Source of the DNA: Octopus sinensis
Lineage: Eukaryota
DNA length: 64,000 nt
Assembly (NCBI RefSeq): GCF_006345805.1
Contig: NC_043003.1
Coordinates: forward strand, 20,150,001-20,214,000
Direction: 5' to 3'
Made by a program: the position numbers and the translations under genes. The notes under the pieces were generated by a model that saw nothing but the letters and a program-made list of their open reading frames with translations, did not search any database and had not been told where the DNA came from. Each line of letters opens with the position of its first letter. Within the stretch, counting starts at the first letter, position 1. This document shows positions 28,615-41,171 of the stretch, piece after piece.

Positions 28615-29012
28615 AAGGCGGCAAACTAGCAGAAACGTTAGCACGCCGGGCGAAATGCTTAGCGGTATTTCGTCTGCCGTTACGTTCTGAGTTCAAATTC
28701 CGCCGAAGTCGACTTTTATCCTTTCAGGGTCGATAAATTAAATACCAGTTACGTACTGGGGTCGATCTAATCTACTTAATCCCTTTGTCTGTCCTTGTTT
28801 GTCCCCTCTATGTTTAGCCCATTGTGGGCAGTAAAGAAATAAGAAACGTTAGCATTCCGGGCGAAATGCTTAGAACTATTTCGTCTGTCTTTACGTTCTG
28901 AGTTCAAATTCCGCCGAGGTCGACTTTGCCTTTCATACTTTCGGGGTCGATAAATTAAGTAACGGTTGCGTCTTGGGGTCGATCTAATTGACTGTCCTCC
29001 TCCCCCCAAATT
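28615..29012 (+). mobile_element. SINE family B dimer
   Basis: Same two-monomer arrangement and junction as 6547-6964. Confidence 0.85.
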
Positions 29013-29034
29013 GTGCTTCTCTTTCGTCTCCCCT

Positions 29035-29123
<89 letters not shown>

Positions 29124-30044
29124 TTACCTGCTACTCTTTTCTTAGTTCCAGCCACAACTTCAATCTCCCATGTTATCAATGTAAGATTTACGATTTAATA
29201 TTGAAATACAAACCTTTTTCTCGCACTTTATCCAACCAACCGCCCTTCGACTCTAAACCCTTCCCCACTTACCCCTTCCTCCTTCTATCCTCATTTCCTC
29301 GTTTTCCTGCTAAAACTATCAATCAATCTATTTAGACGTTGTAAAATATTGAGAGCTAAAATGGCGGACAGTAAAAAGAAAACAATGAAACAAATGGCTC
29401 AGATTACTTCATTTCTGCAGGCAATTTCTGATTAAGGTAATATAGAAACGAGTAATCGGTTTTCAATATGGTATCCAAGGACCTTTCACGACACTAAGGG
29501 ATGTATTAATATATCTGAACGACACTCAGGTTATAGTCACTGCGGACATTTCCATAAGATTATAAGCGAAATAATGCTAAGACTAATGTGATGTTATGCT
29601 TTGTTTAATAGAGTAGTGCATTATAACAGTGTGTATTGCAGTTTCTAATGTTTTAAACAGATGTACAGACTATTGTGGAATAGAAAGCTGTTGTGTATTT
29701 TATTGCAGAGCAGTTGTATAGTGTCGTGTGGTGTGTATAATGACGTAGAGCGTAGTATAATGATGATGTGTATCAGAAAGTTTTACTGTTTAGCCTCGAG
29801 TCAATTCTGATCAAGAAGGCGAATTATAGCATTCTCTCCACGACAATCCCACCTTACTTGCATACGAAACATCCAGGATTACATTATTCAATAATTTTCA
29901 TTCTCCCCTTTCTAAAGATAGTGTCATGTGGTTGGAAAGAAGAATTCTATTGCCATTCTAGCAGGTGAAACGAAGACGTGGAAGCTTCCAGTTAAGTGTA
30001 GTGCAACACAGTGTTGCATCATCTTTTATTTTTTCATTTTATCG

Positions 30045-30257
30045 TTTTACTTGTTTCAGTCATTTGACTGTAGCCATGCTGGAGCATTGCCTTGAGTTTC
30101 TGGTCGAATGACCTGACCCTAGCGCTTATCTTTTCTAAAGCCTTGTTGTTATTCTATCAATCTCTTTTGACGAATCGTTAGGTTATGGGTACGCTAACAC
30201 ACCAACACTGGTTGTCAAGCGGTGGTGGTGAGACAAACACAAAGATACACACACACA

Positions 30258-30302
<45 letters not shown>

Positions 30303-30322
30303 TATATATATACATACATACC

Positions 30323-30397
<75 letters not shown>

Positions 30398-30552
30398 CGA
30401 CGGGCTTCTTTCAGTTTCCGTCTACCAAATCCACTCACAAAGCTTTGGTCGGTCCAAGGATATAGTAGAAGACACTTGCCCAAGGTACCACGCAGTGGGA
30501 CTGAACCCGGAACCATACAGTTGGGAAGCAAGCTTCTTACTATACAGCCACG
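30045..30552 (-). mobile_element. SINE family A
   Basis: Matches family A; long internal (TA)n. Confidence 0.8.
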
Positions 30553-31978
30553 CAGTTTAAGAAAGCGAATTAAATGCGTTACGTTATGGTATATTGCAGC
30601 GTAGTATACTGTGCTACAGTGAACTCATGTGTAATAATGAGAAATACCGTAAACTATGATGTTCGTGTTCCTTTGTTGCTATTGTGATAATGTCCCAAAT
30701 CGGCTCTGATCTATAGACTTATAAGCAAAATCATTTTATGTATCACTACTCCGCCTTTTGCAGACGTAAATCATTTAGAATTACGTTATCCAAGACGCTT
30801 GGTTATAATTCAATCGGATGTCAATGTTATTTCCAGCAGGTTGGTTGATCATGCAAAGACTCCTATATTGGTTCGTGAAGTATGACGTAATATAGTGAAG
30901 TTTATACGAGTTTAGTGCAATTAGCTTTTGTAGAGTGTAATGTATTCTTCGGTAGCGTAGCTGTCGTTGGCTCACAATTCAGCTCTGATCGAACAGACTT
31001 AAGACATATGAATATTTATAGGGATGAGTGAGAGGTCATCCGAGGACTTTGCTACATGTATGGCACAGAGAGGTTAATATCACAGGAAATGCAGTATTAT
31101 AGTTCGGACATGTTCTACTTTTAACACTGTCTATTCTATTTCTGTGTATTAAGCATTTTTTTTATAGTTGTTTAGCTCCACGTTCCAATTATGACAGTTA
31201 CATATATTCCTTTATACTATAGTCACAAAGCCCGAAATTTTAGGGAAGGGGTTTAGTCGATTACATCGACCTTAGCGGAATTTGAATTCAGAACGTAAAG
31301 ACGGATGAAATGCCACTCAGCGCTTTGCTCGATGTGCTAAGGATTCTGTAAACTCGCTGCCTTATTAAATTATTCAATTTAAATGTATAATATCCAAGAC
31401 TTTTTTTCTAGCGATTCTATATTTTGTAAATCATTACATGAATTCTACATGTTTTATCCTCTGTGTACAAATCACACTTGCAATAAATAACACAATATCA
31501 TATCTATACATTATTCTTATTTAAATATTCCATGTTCAGATAAGGAATAACACTAAATATGAAACATAATATTATTGATACCAGCATAGAATATTCTATT
31601 TAATTCATGTTATTACTGAACGTTTATGAGACCAACGGTTTGTAAAGTTTTGATAAATCCATCGTAGTACAATATCTCGTTAGTGTTTAAGGATTTCTAA
31701 TGTATTGTGATGATTATCAATACGAAGATTCACTGCGTAAAGGATGGGGGTGGGGCGGAAAAACAAGATTATTGTGTTACCGACAGAATCCACTTGTATT
31801 ATAACTTGAATCGATACTGTAGAACAAACATAACCGAGACTCATAACTCACAGCGATTTCTGTGTATTTAGTTGTGAATGGGCAACACGAGTATCATCGG
31901 AGAGAAAAGTAAGTTCTTTCTATTTGTGTTCACTTGAAAATCGTCTCACGAAACTACGATCTGTCTCTCCCTCTACTC

Positions 31979-32029
<51 letters not shown>

Positions 32030-32147
32030 CTATATATATGTACACACATACGCAAATGCACACACACGCACAGATATCTATGTATATATTGTATATGTAT
32101 GTATGCATGCGTGCATGCATGTATATACGAATGCATGCATGCGCGTG

Positions 32148-32179
<32 letters not shown>

Positions 32180-32297
32180 TATATTTGTTTTTATTTTAAG
32201 TTATGTAAAGAGATGAAGACTAAACAAAAGGATTACTTTTTAGTAGAGCGTATATTACACTTTTACAAGGAAAAGAGTTTAACAATGACTTCGAAGT

Positions 32298-32443
<146 letters not shown>

Positions 32444-32490
32444 GTCTGTCTGTCTGTCTGTCTATCTTGACAAATGAATGACGAACGAAC

Positions 32491-32546
32491 AGTTGCCAAG
32501 CGATGTTGGAGGGACAAACACAGACACACAAACATATACACACACA

Positions 32547-32591
<45 letters not shown>

Positions 32592-32758
32592 TTACGACGG
32601 GCTTCTTTCAGTTTCCGTCTACCAAATCCACTCACAAGGCTTTGGTCGGCCCGAGGCTATAGCAGAAGACACTCACCCAAGGTGCCACGCAGTGGGACTG
32701 TACCCGGAAACATGTGGTTGGTAAGCAAGTTACTTACCACACAGCCACTCCTACGCCT
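32491..32758 (-). mobile_element. SINE family A (head and middle)
   Basis: Matches family A. Confidence 0.8.
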
Positions 32759-32917
32759 ATGCAATAAGCAAAAAGACAAACAAATAAAGAAACAGTTACT
32801 AACAAATATGGTGCTGTTGGTTTGAATATATTTTGGTTTACATAAAAATTGGCTTCGCGTAGTTCACAGACATTTCTTATTCTAAGCCTTCTCAATAATA
32901 ATTCACTAATACCGATA

Positions 32918-33152
32918 CATATTTCTTTACTACCAACAAGGGCCTAAACACAGAGAGGACAAACAAGGACAGACAAACAGATTAAGTCGATTATATCGAC
33001 CCCAGTGCGTAAACTGGTACTTAATTTATCGACCCCGTAAGGATGAAGGGCAAAGTCGACCTCGGCGGAATTTGAACTCAGAACGTAGCGGCAAACGAAA
33101 TACGGCTACGCATTTCGCCCGGCGTGCTAACGTTTCTGCCAGCTCACCGCCT
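32918..33152 (-). mobile_element. SINE family B monomer
   Basis: Reverse-complement match to the first monomer of the dimers. Confidence 0.85.
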
Positions 33153-34214
33153 AATACCAATACAGATCTTTTAACGTTTAAATTGCGCACAAAGTTTCAG
33201 TAGTTTTCTGAAAATCGACCCTTACACTTCTGTTAAATTTTTAAGGTATTTGTAGGCGTGGATCTTGTCATAAGCAAGCGATAAATCTTGAATATTACCT
33301 GAATTAACTTTCTTCGAACCCCAACTTCCTCTGTAGTGTGTGGAGAACTATTGCTGAATGAAGTTGTTTCATCATCAATCTTATTTTTTTCTTCCTCCAA
33401 ACCATCTTGATATTTGTATATTTAATTTCTTCTCGAACACTTAATTTTTATTGTTCTATTGTTCGTTTTGTGTTGTCAATTTTTTTTTCAGAACTGTTGT
33501 TTAGCACCAGTTTGCTGCAATCAGCTGATTTATAATTCTAACATAACATGCTTCGAAAACGGAAATAACTCCCTGATACATTGACTGCTGTTGGGAAGAT
33601 TAAAAACAACTTGACAGGTTCGCACGTTTGTAGTGAATCGAAATATGAAGGGGTGCGCAGGGATGATGTTCAAAAGCAGAGATGCCTTACATTCAAAGTA
33701 ATTTTTCTCATAGTAACGTTTGCTCTATCTATCTCAAGTTTTTCTGTTAGATTTCCACATAAGAGCTAGACAAGACATAAAAACACTTTTCATAGCTCCT
33801 TGAATATTATGATGATAAACAAGCAATAGTTTAAACTCTTAGTTTCTTGTAGCATTCGCTTCTCAGAGCAATATAGGAGGATCTTTTACTGGCGAATAAT
33901 TGGTCATCTGAGGTAAATATAAGTTGTGGAGAACAAACTTATCTAAATTAACCCGACCATTCACTTAGAAGTGAATGGTCGACAGGAAAAATTAAACTTA
34001 GCGGATACTTACACTTACTGTTGTGCTAAAAATCCTTTACATATGGCCTGGATAATATCACTTACCAGTTCCCTATTTGTCTGAATACTATGGATATTTT
34101 ATCGATCCATAAACTTTTCGAATCGTCTATGAGAAGGAACAAACGTATGAGTAAATTACACAGCAACTTCTTTCTTCAAAGAAAGAGTGATGAGTGATGT
34201 GATTACATATCATT

Positions 34215-34363
34215 TGTGTGGTAAGTAGCTTGCTTACCAACCACATGTTTCCGGGTACAGTCCCACTACGTGGCACCTTGGGCAAGTGTCTTCTACTATA
34301 GCCTCAGGCCGTCCAAAGCTTTGTGAGTGGATTTGGTAGACGGAAACTGAAAGAAGCCCGTCG

Positions 34364-34397
<34 letters not shown>

Positions 34398-34635
34398 TGT
34401 ATGTATGCATGTATGTATGTATGCATGTATGTATGTATGTATGTGTGTATGTATGTGTGTGTATATGTTTGTGTGCATGTGTTTGTCTCCGTAACTTTGC
34501 GGTTCGGCAAAAAGAGACCGATAGAATAAGTTCTAGGCTTACAAAGAATAATTCCTGGGGTTGCTCGACTAAAGGCGGTGCTTCAGCATGGCCGCAGTGA
34601 AATGACTGAAACAAGTAACAGAGTAAAAGAGTAAA
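34215..34635 (+). mobile_element. SINE family A with internal (TATG)n
   Basis: Matches family A. Confidence 0.85.
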
Positions 34636-34920
34636 CACTTTATATGTTCATAGTATTTTTCAAGATTTGCTGTGATGACATATTCGGAAGCGTGATACTC
34701 ACTTGAAATTTTCTTAGCAAGTTTTCCCTTTGTCGATTGGTTCATTATGATTTTTAAAGTTTGCAGTACACTCTTAATGATTTAGCAACAATACTTTTCT
34801 CCTTTTTCTACTATAAACTTTAATATGGCTTCTAATACTCTTCCTTTCTCCTGCATCACAAATAAGATATTCAATACTCAAGGTTCTGAATAATCTATAT
34901 CAACGAGCGATTGAGAAGTC

Positions 34921-34962
34921 ACTGCTAATGAGCCTACGACTGATAGGCGAAACTCGTCTAGT
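34921..34962 (+). ncRNA. Minimal type-I hammerhead fold with G5A core change (probably inactive copy)
   Basis: actg-CTAATGA-gccta cgactga taggc-GAAA-ctcg-TC-tagt. Confidence 0.55.
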
Positions 34963-35051
34963 CCGTGATCCTAGTCACAAATGGGGCGGTTATCTCCTCT
35001 GCTAGAGTATGTGTTGTGTGTGTGCGTGTATATATCAGGAATAGAAAAAGT

Positions 35052-35087
35052 CTTTTACGTTTCGAGCCTACGCTCTTCTACATAAAG
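35052..35087 (-). ncRNA. Hammerhead-like motif of the same family as 26703
   Basis: Minus strand: cttt-ATGTAGA-a-gagc gtag gctc-GAAA-cg-TA-aaag. Confidence 0.45.
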
Positions 35088-35181
35088 GGACACAGAAAAA
35101 AACAAGGAGAGAAACAAGGAGAGAAAAAAAAAGAGAGAAAAAATGTGTGTAATGGCTAACGATCTATCATGGCGATATATA

Positions 35182-35262
<81 letters not shown>

Positions 35263-36329
35263 ATATATTGTGAGCTTCATACAACATTAAGAGTTTTTAA
35301 CTCCCATTTCTTGGAATATTGGTGCTTCGTACCCTCAGGCACAATTAGTGACGATAAAAATTTTCCTATATATATATACACTCTCACATATGATTCCTGT
35401 TGCTAATTCTGTATCGCAGTTTAATGTTGAGATCCAAGACCTGGTCAGCGATCATTAGTAACCTTTCGTAGTAATTGTAGGGTTAAAAGATAACATATAT
35501 TTAGATATATATATATGTATGTATATACAAGTGTATATTTGTCTGTGCTTGTGTGTTTGTGTGTATTTGCCAATGTGCGTGTATGCGAGCGCTCGTGTGC
35601 GTGAGTAAATATTTCATGGACGTGACATGCAGCAAGTGAGAAGACAGTTTTTCTCCTTTATCGCAACAATTATTTTACCAGAAAAGATATATATATTATA
35701 CGCCAGATTCGACATGAGTAAGCTATATTACCATTCATGCTATCACTTCCTGCCACCTATGTTATTACTTACCATTCCTAACACTTATGTAAAATAGTTT
35801 TTATTCTGTGCTTTATTCAATGCATTTTATTGTCCAGGCAATTTACATTTTACACCATTTTGTCGGAAAATCTTCCCTGAAGGTATTCATATGAATGATC
35901 AATATATATCCTATTCTTGTCTTACAGTCTATTCTTTACTGGACGTCTTTTATTTATAAGTATTAGAACTAGGTTTTGCTAAGATTTATTATAGGTGCTT
36001 GGAATTATTCTTCAGTCTTCTAGTTATATCTATATCTTTCTTAGGCGAAACTCTGGTGTCTATACTCACCTTTTTACAATAGACATTTGTGTACAAGGGC
36101 AGACACAGCTAAGTGGTTAAAAAGTTTACTTCGTAACCAAGAGGTTTCAGGTTTAGTCCTACTGCATAGCAACTTAGCCGACTGTTTTCTATTATAGTTT
36201 GTTGTCTGCCCGAGACTATAATAGAAGACATTTGCCCAAGGTGCCACGCAGTAGGACCGAACCCGGAACCATGTATTTGAGAAGCAAGCTTCTTACCACA
36301 CAGTCACACCTGCACCTCCACACAGCCAC

Positions 36330-36852
36330 TATATATGTATATCAACTACATATGTGGAAAATCGGTGTGTGTTTGTTTGTGGCGTTGATTGCTAACTCCC
36401 CCTACATCGTTTTATTGATTTTGATGAAACCTGACACGTACATATCACACAGATATGTACACATGCACGCACATTCACACATATATACGGCCCCTGGAAG
36501 GGACCTTTATATCTACCTCATATAACTAATTTTTTTAAACACCCAAGAGAAATAACCCATAGCACCTGTACAATATTTTTTTTGACACTGAAGGGAAATA
36601 ACCCATTTCATTGTTTATGTTCGATTACTTTAAATATTGATTTTTTGTGCGTCCTATTTCTAATTTTTGCAGACAATATCATTTTTATACTTTATTTGAC
36701 AAATGAGTAGAATTCATGTCTGGAAACCTCGTGACATACTGATATTGTTGAAAAAAAATCGATAATAGGGCCCTTCCAATGGATCCTTCTATCTACTACA
36801 TATTACAAATATTTTATTTAAACATCTCAAGGGAAATAACCCATATCACCTT
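36330..36852 (+). mobile_element. Helitron/Helentron-like non-autonomous element with internal ~280-bp repeats
   Basis: The 5' pattern ..tgtgtgtttgtttgt..aact..gattttgatgaaac resembles non-autonomous Helitron-like elements (inference). aagggaaataaccca(t) recurs at ~36545, ~36591 and ~36829. Confidence 0.4.
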
Positions 36853-38233
36853 CATATGGAACTGAACTTGGAACCATGTGGTTGGGAAGCAAACTTATTA
36901 CCACACAGCTACTTCAAGTTATTATCCTTTCTAATAAAGTCAGAAAACCCCAAATTTTGAGTGCTCGACTAGTACTTATTTCGTCGACCTTGAAAAGATG
37001 AGAGGTAAAGTTGACCTCGGCAGAATTTGAACTCAAACCGCAGAGGCCGACGAAATGCTTCTAAGCATGCATGTGTGTGTGCGAGCGCGCGTGCGCGTTT
37101 GCCACCCTCACCACTGCTTGACAACTGCTGCTGGTGTATTTACGCCATAATAATCTAGCGGTTCGGCAAAAACGACTAATAAATCAAGTACCAGGGTTAA
37201 AAAAGAATTATGTAATGGGGTCGAGTCACTCGACTAAAATTCTTCAAGGTGGTGCCCCAGCATGGCCACAGGCTAATAACTGAAACAAGTAAAGGGTAAA
37301 ATGTTAAAGGTGTATATGTGTGAATATATGTGTATGTCTCTCTCTATATACAGAATGGACTAAGAGGAGTGGGAGGACAGAAAGTGTCGCTGAAGAGGTC
37401 ACAGATGTGTGACGAAAGATTTGCGGACAATGGACTTCAGTTAAAATAAGAACAGTAATAAACGAGTGAAGAAACAATATATAGTGCGCGTGTTTATTTG
37501 GCAAAAATATACAAATAACAATATCTGTATCAATACACGGTTTTAAATTAAGAATTTTGCAACACAGATTCGTGACCGTATGTGTGTGTGTATATATGTG
37601 TGTGTATATATGTGTGTGTATGTGTGCGTTTATGTATGAATATAATCGCATACATACGAACACGCACACAAACACCTACATATTTATATACATCAACATA
37701 CTATTGATTTTATATCATTTTCGGTTACATACATCATAATACAAAACACGATTGTTACAGCATGTAGTACATGCATTTTATAATTTTGAAGTCGGGCAGC
37801 ATATTCTTATTTCACCAAGAAACAAATACATCAATAATTCTCGTAAATACAATACTATAGCAATGATGTTTAATATGAGGGTACAATGAAAGTACATCCA
37901 AACAAGAACCATTGCAATGTAATGCTTCGTATTTATAAAGCATGCAATATATAACGTATTATTCTCTTACAGATGAAATACTGGAATCACAAAGATTATT
38001 GTATGAGATTTCTTTTCCCGCTTTTTATAATATTTGTAAATGATAGGCAGTATTGTTTTGGGGCTGGGAGCGGAAGGAACAAAATAACATTTGTCGAATT
38101 CTCAGAAGAGAATTTTTCATGCCATAAAGGTAAAGATCATAGCGATATTGAAATGTACAAAACGTTAAGGAAAAAAAAGAAGAATTGAGCTTTCGGGGAA
38201 AGATAACATTGAAGCCGGTTACTTCTGAAGACT

Positions 38234-38285
<52 letters not shown>

Positions 38286-38853
38286 TGTGTGTGCGTGTGT
38301 GTGTGTGTGCGTGTGTGGTGGTGTGTGTGTGTGTGTATTTATGTATGTGTGAACATCATATATCACACAGATATGTACACATGCACGCACATTCACACAT
38401 ATATGATCTGAAATGTAGAGAGATACACATGTAGAGGTACTGTAAGAATGTATTGTCTCCACGTATCTAACATGTGTGTATGTGTTGGTATATATATATA
38501 TGAGGAAAATAGATGACACAGGATAAACAATGGTTGTGTTTCTTACATTACACCTGTTTCTTTTTATTTTTACCATACACCTGTTTCTGCTATAAGATGC
38601 GCTGGACTCGTAGTTGAGTGTCTGAATAAAATCGTATAGCTTCATCGGAGCGTCGAGTATGAAGCAAGATATATTTGTGAAAAAAGAATTACACTTATGC
38701 AAAATACAGGGAAGGCATTGTTAGTGAGAAACTCATTGCTGTGACCAAAAGACAGTGACCTCCAAGTTTCGGTTAGCTAAGCCGTCGTTGGCAGTACGAT
38801 AATAGCTTAGCTGGCCGAAACTTCGAAGTCAGTAATATTATTGTTTAAGAATA

Positions 38854-38898
<45 letters not shown>

Positions 38899-38899
38899 A

Positions 38900-39583
38900 T
38901 ATTAACAATTAAAGATAACTTCTTAATAAGGAATCTTAAGAAATTATCAGGTAGATAGCGTGAAAAACCTCATAAGAGAAAAATTTCGAAAATAATTCTT
39001 TCCTATTGAACATATTAATTTATATTATATAGAGGGCATTATTACACATAAATGCCTCACGCTAAGAGGGACATAAGTCATTTCTACCAAAGAATTTTAC
39101 TAATCATACCAAATGCAGTTTTTCAAAGCAAGACATTTAAAAAAAGTGAATTTAGTCTTATATCACCTGTGATTTCGCACTAACCGCAGAAGAATTTGCG
39201 TCCATGCTCATCAGTAAGACTGATTCTGAACATATCATAAATAAACGACCAGTACCGTCGGAGTCGAACAGCCAACTGCTCTTTCTAACGAAGCACGTGG
39301 AGAAGTTTATAAATCATATATCCGGTAAATGGCGGGCTTCTTCGAACTGCATTTCGGATAGGAAAAGTTTTTTCGGAATAAATTTAACAATTAAGGATAA
39401 CTTCTTAATAAGAAATCTTAACAAGAAATTATCAGGTAGATAGCGTGAAAAACCTCATAAGAGAAAAATTCGAAAATAATTCTTTCCTATTGAATATATT
39501 AATTATATTATTGGGTATGATTAGTAAAATTTTTGGTAGAAATGACTTATGTCCCTCTTAGCGTGAGGCATTTATGTAATAAT
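38900..39583 (-). mobile_element. PLE pseudo-LTR-type cassette: direct repeat plus inverted segment plus hammerhead, in (TA)n
   Basis: ~38901-39025 is repeated at ~39384-39510; ~39038-39110 is inverted at ~39513-39583; both ends abut (TA)n. Confidence 0.8.
39154..39221 (-). ncRNA. Canonical type-I hammerhead ribozyme
   Basis: Minus strand: agtctta-CTGATGA-gca..(extended stem II)..tgc-GAAA-tcac ag gtga-TA-taagact. Perfect 7-bp stem I, 4-bp stem III, and all core nucleotides intact. Confidence 0.85.
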
Positions 39584-39599
39584 ATATATAATATATATA

Positions 39600-39630
<31 letters not shown>

Positions 39631-39631
39631 A

Positions 39632-39755
39632 ACAAAATAAGGGAATGACCACTAAAGTGGACACCTACTATGCTAAACATAGACGTCAAATCGATTTGAC
39701 GTCTATGTTTAGCATATTAAGTGTCCACTTTAGTGGTTATTCCTCTTAATTTTGT
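39632..39755. repeat. ~124-bp near-perfect loopless palindrome, centre 39692/39693, in (TA)n
   Basis: acaaaataagggaatgaccactaaagtggacac..tatgctaaacatagacgtcaaatc | gatttgacgtctatgtttagcata..gtgtccactttagtggttattcc..ttttgt. Confidence 0.9.
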
Positions 39756-39854
39756 ATGTAACACAATTATTAATCTTTCGGATATTTTAAAATATGCTAA
39801 GACCACTAGTTTTAACTGCTTACTATCAATTTCTACCCTTATAATACATATATA

Positions 39855-39899
<45 letters not shown>

Positions 39900-40260
39900 A
39901 GTATGTGTGCGTATGTGTGTGGTGTGTGTGTGTGTGTCTTGTGCATGCGTTTGTCTCCACAACTTAACAACTGCTGTTGTTCTGTTCATGCCCCATTAAC
40001 TTAATGGTTCGACAAAAGTGAAGCGATGGAATACGTACTAGACTTTTAAAAAATAAGTTCTAGGGTCGACTTGTTCGACTAAGATATTGAGAGCCGTGCT
40101 CCAGCATGGCCGCCGTCCAATGCCTGAAAGAAATAATAGCTAACAGATAAAAGCGACATACAAAAAAAAATGAAAAGACACACTCACACACACTCTCACA
40201 CAACAACCCACATACACTCAGTCATCTACACACACACACGTACACACACACACACACGCA

Positions 40261-40303
<43 letters not shown>

Positions 40304-41022
40304 ACACGTACACACTTGCTTGTACAGACTTATGTATATGTGGACCTGCACGTATGTATGCAGGAGCGACTACAATAAATTTTATTGCTAAGACATGAAA
40401 TCTGTTCGCTGATATTTTGCTTTACTACATAACACTTATTTCATCTGACAACCCAATTGTTATATGCGACTTCGAATACGTGAAACTTATATTATCTTTC
40501 ATGTTATTATTTTTAACACCTATATTATTTATACTTGTCATTCTTAGAGCCTCCATAAAAATAGCTATTTTCTTTTTTATATTCCTTAAGTCTCTATTTC
40601 ACTCAATGCATTTTATTCTTCTCGCTAATATATATTTTACATATTCTACCGCAAAGAAAGAATCTTCTCTAGAGCTATTGATTTCAATGTTCAATACAAT
40701 ATTCATTCTTTTCTCACATCTTTCTTTACTTTGCGAGACGTCTTTTATTAGTAAAGGTGTTATGACAAAAAATAGCTAAGATTTATTATGCTGTATTCAA
40801 TTTGCACATAGCTTTCTCGCTTATGTCTTAATTATACGTATGCGTAGGCATGGCTGTATTAAGACGTTCGCTTTGTAACCACGTGATATTGGTTTCTCTC
40901 CAACTGCGTCTTTTTCTACAGCTCTGGGCCGACCAATGACTCGTGAGTGAATTTGGTAGTAGGAAACTATGTGGAAACCCGCCGTGTACATATATATATG
41001 GATGTGTGTGCGTATATATGTG

Positions 41023-41081
<59 letters not shown>

Positions 41082-41139
41082 TATGTGCTTGTCTGTCTGT
41101 CTGCCTGTCTGACTGCCTGTTTGTCTGTCTGTCTCTCTT

Positions 41140-41171
<32 letters not shown>

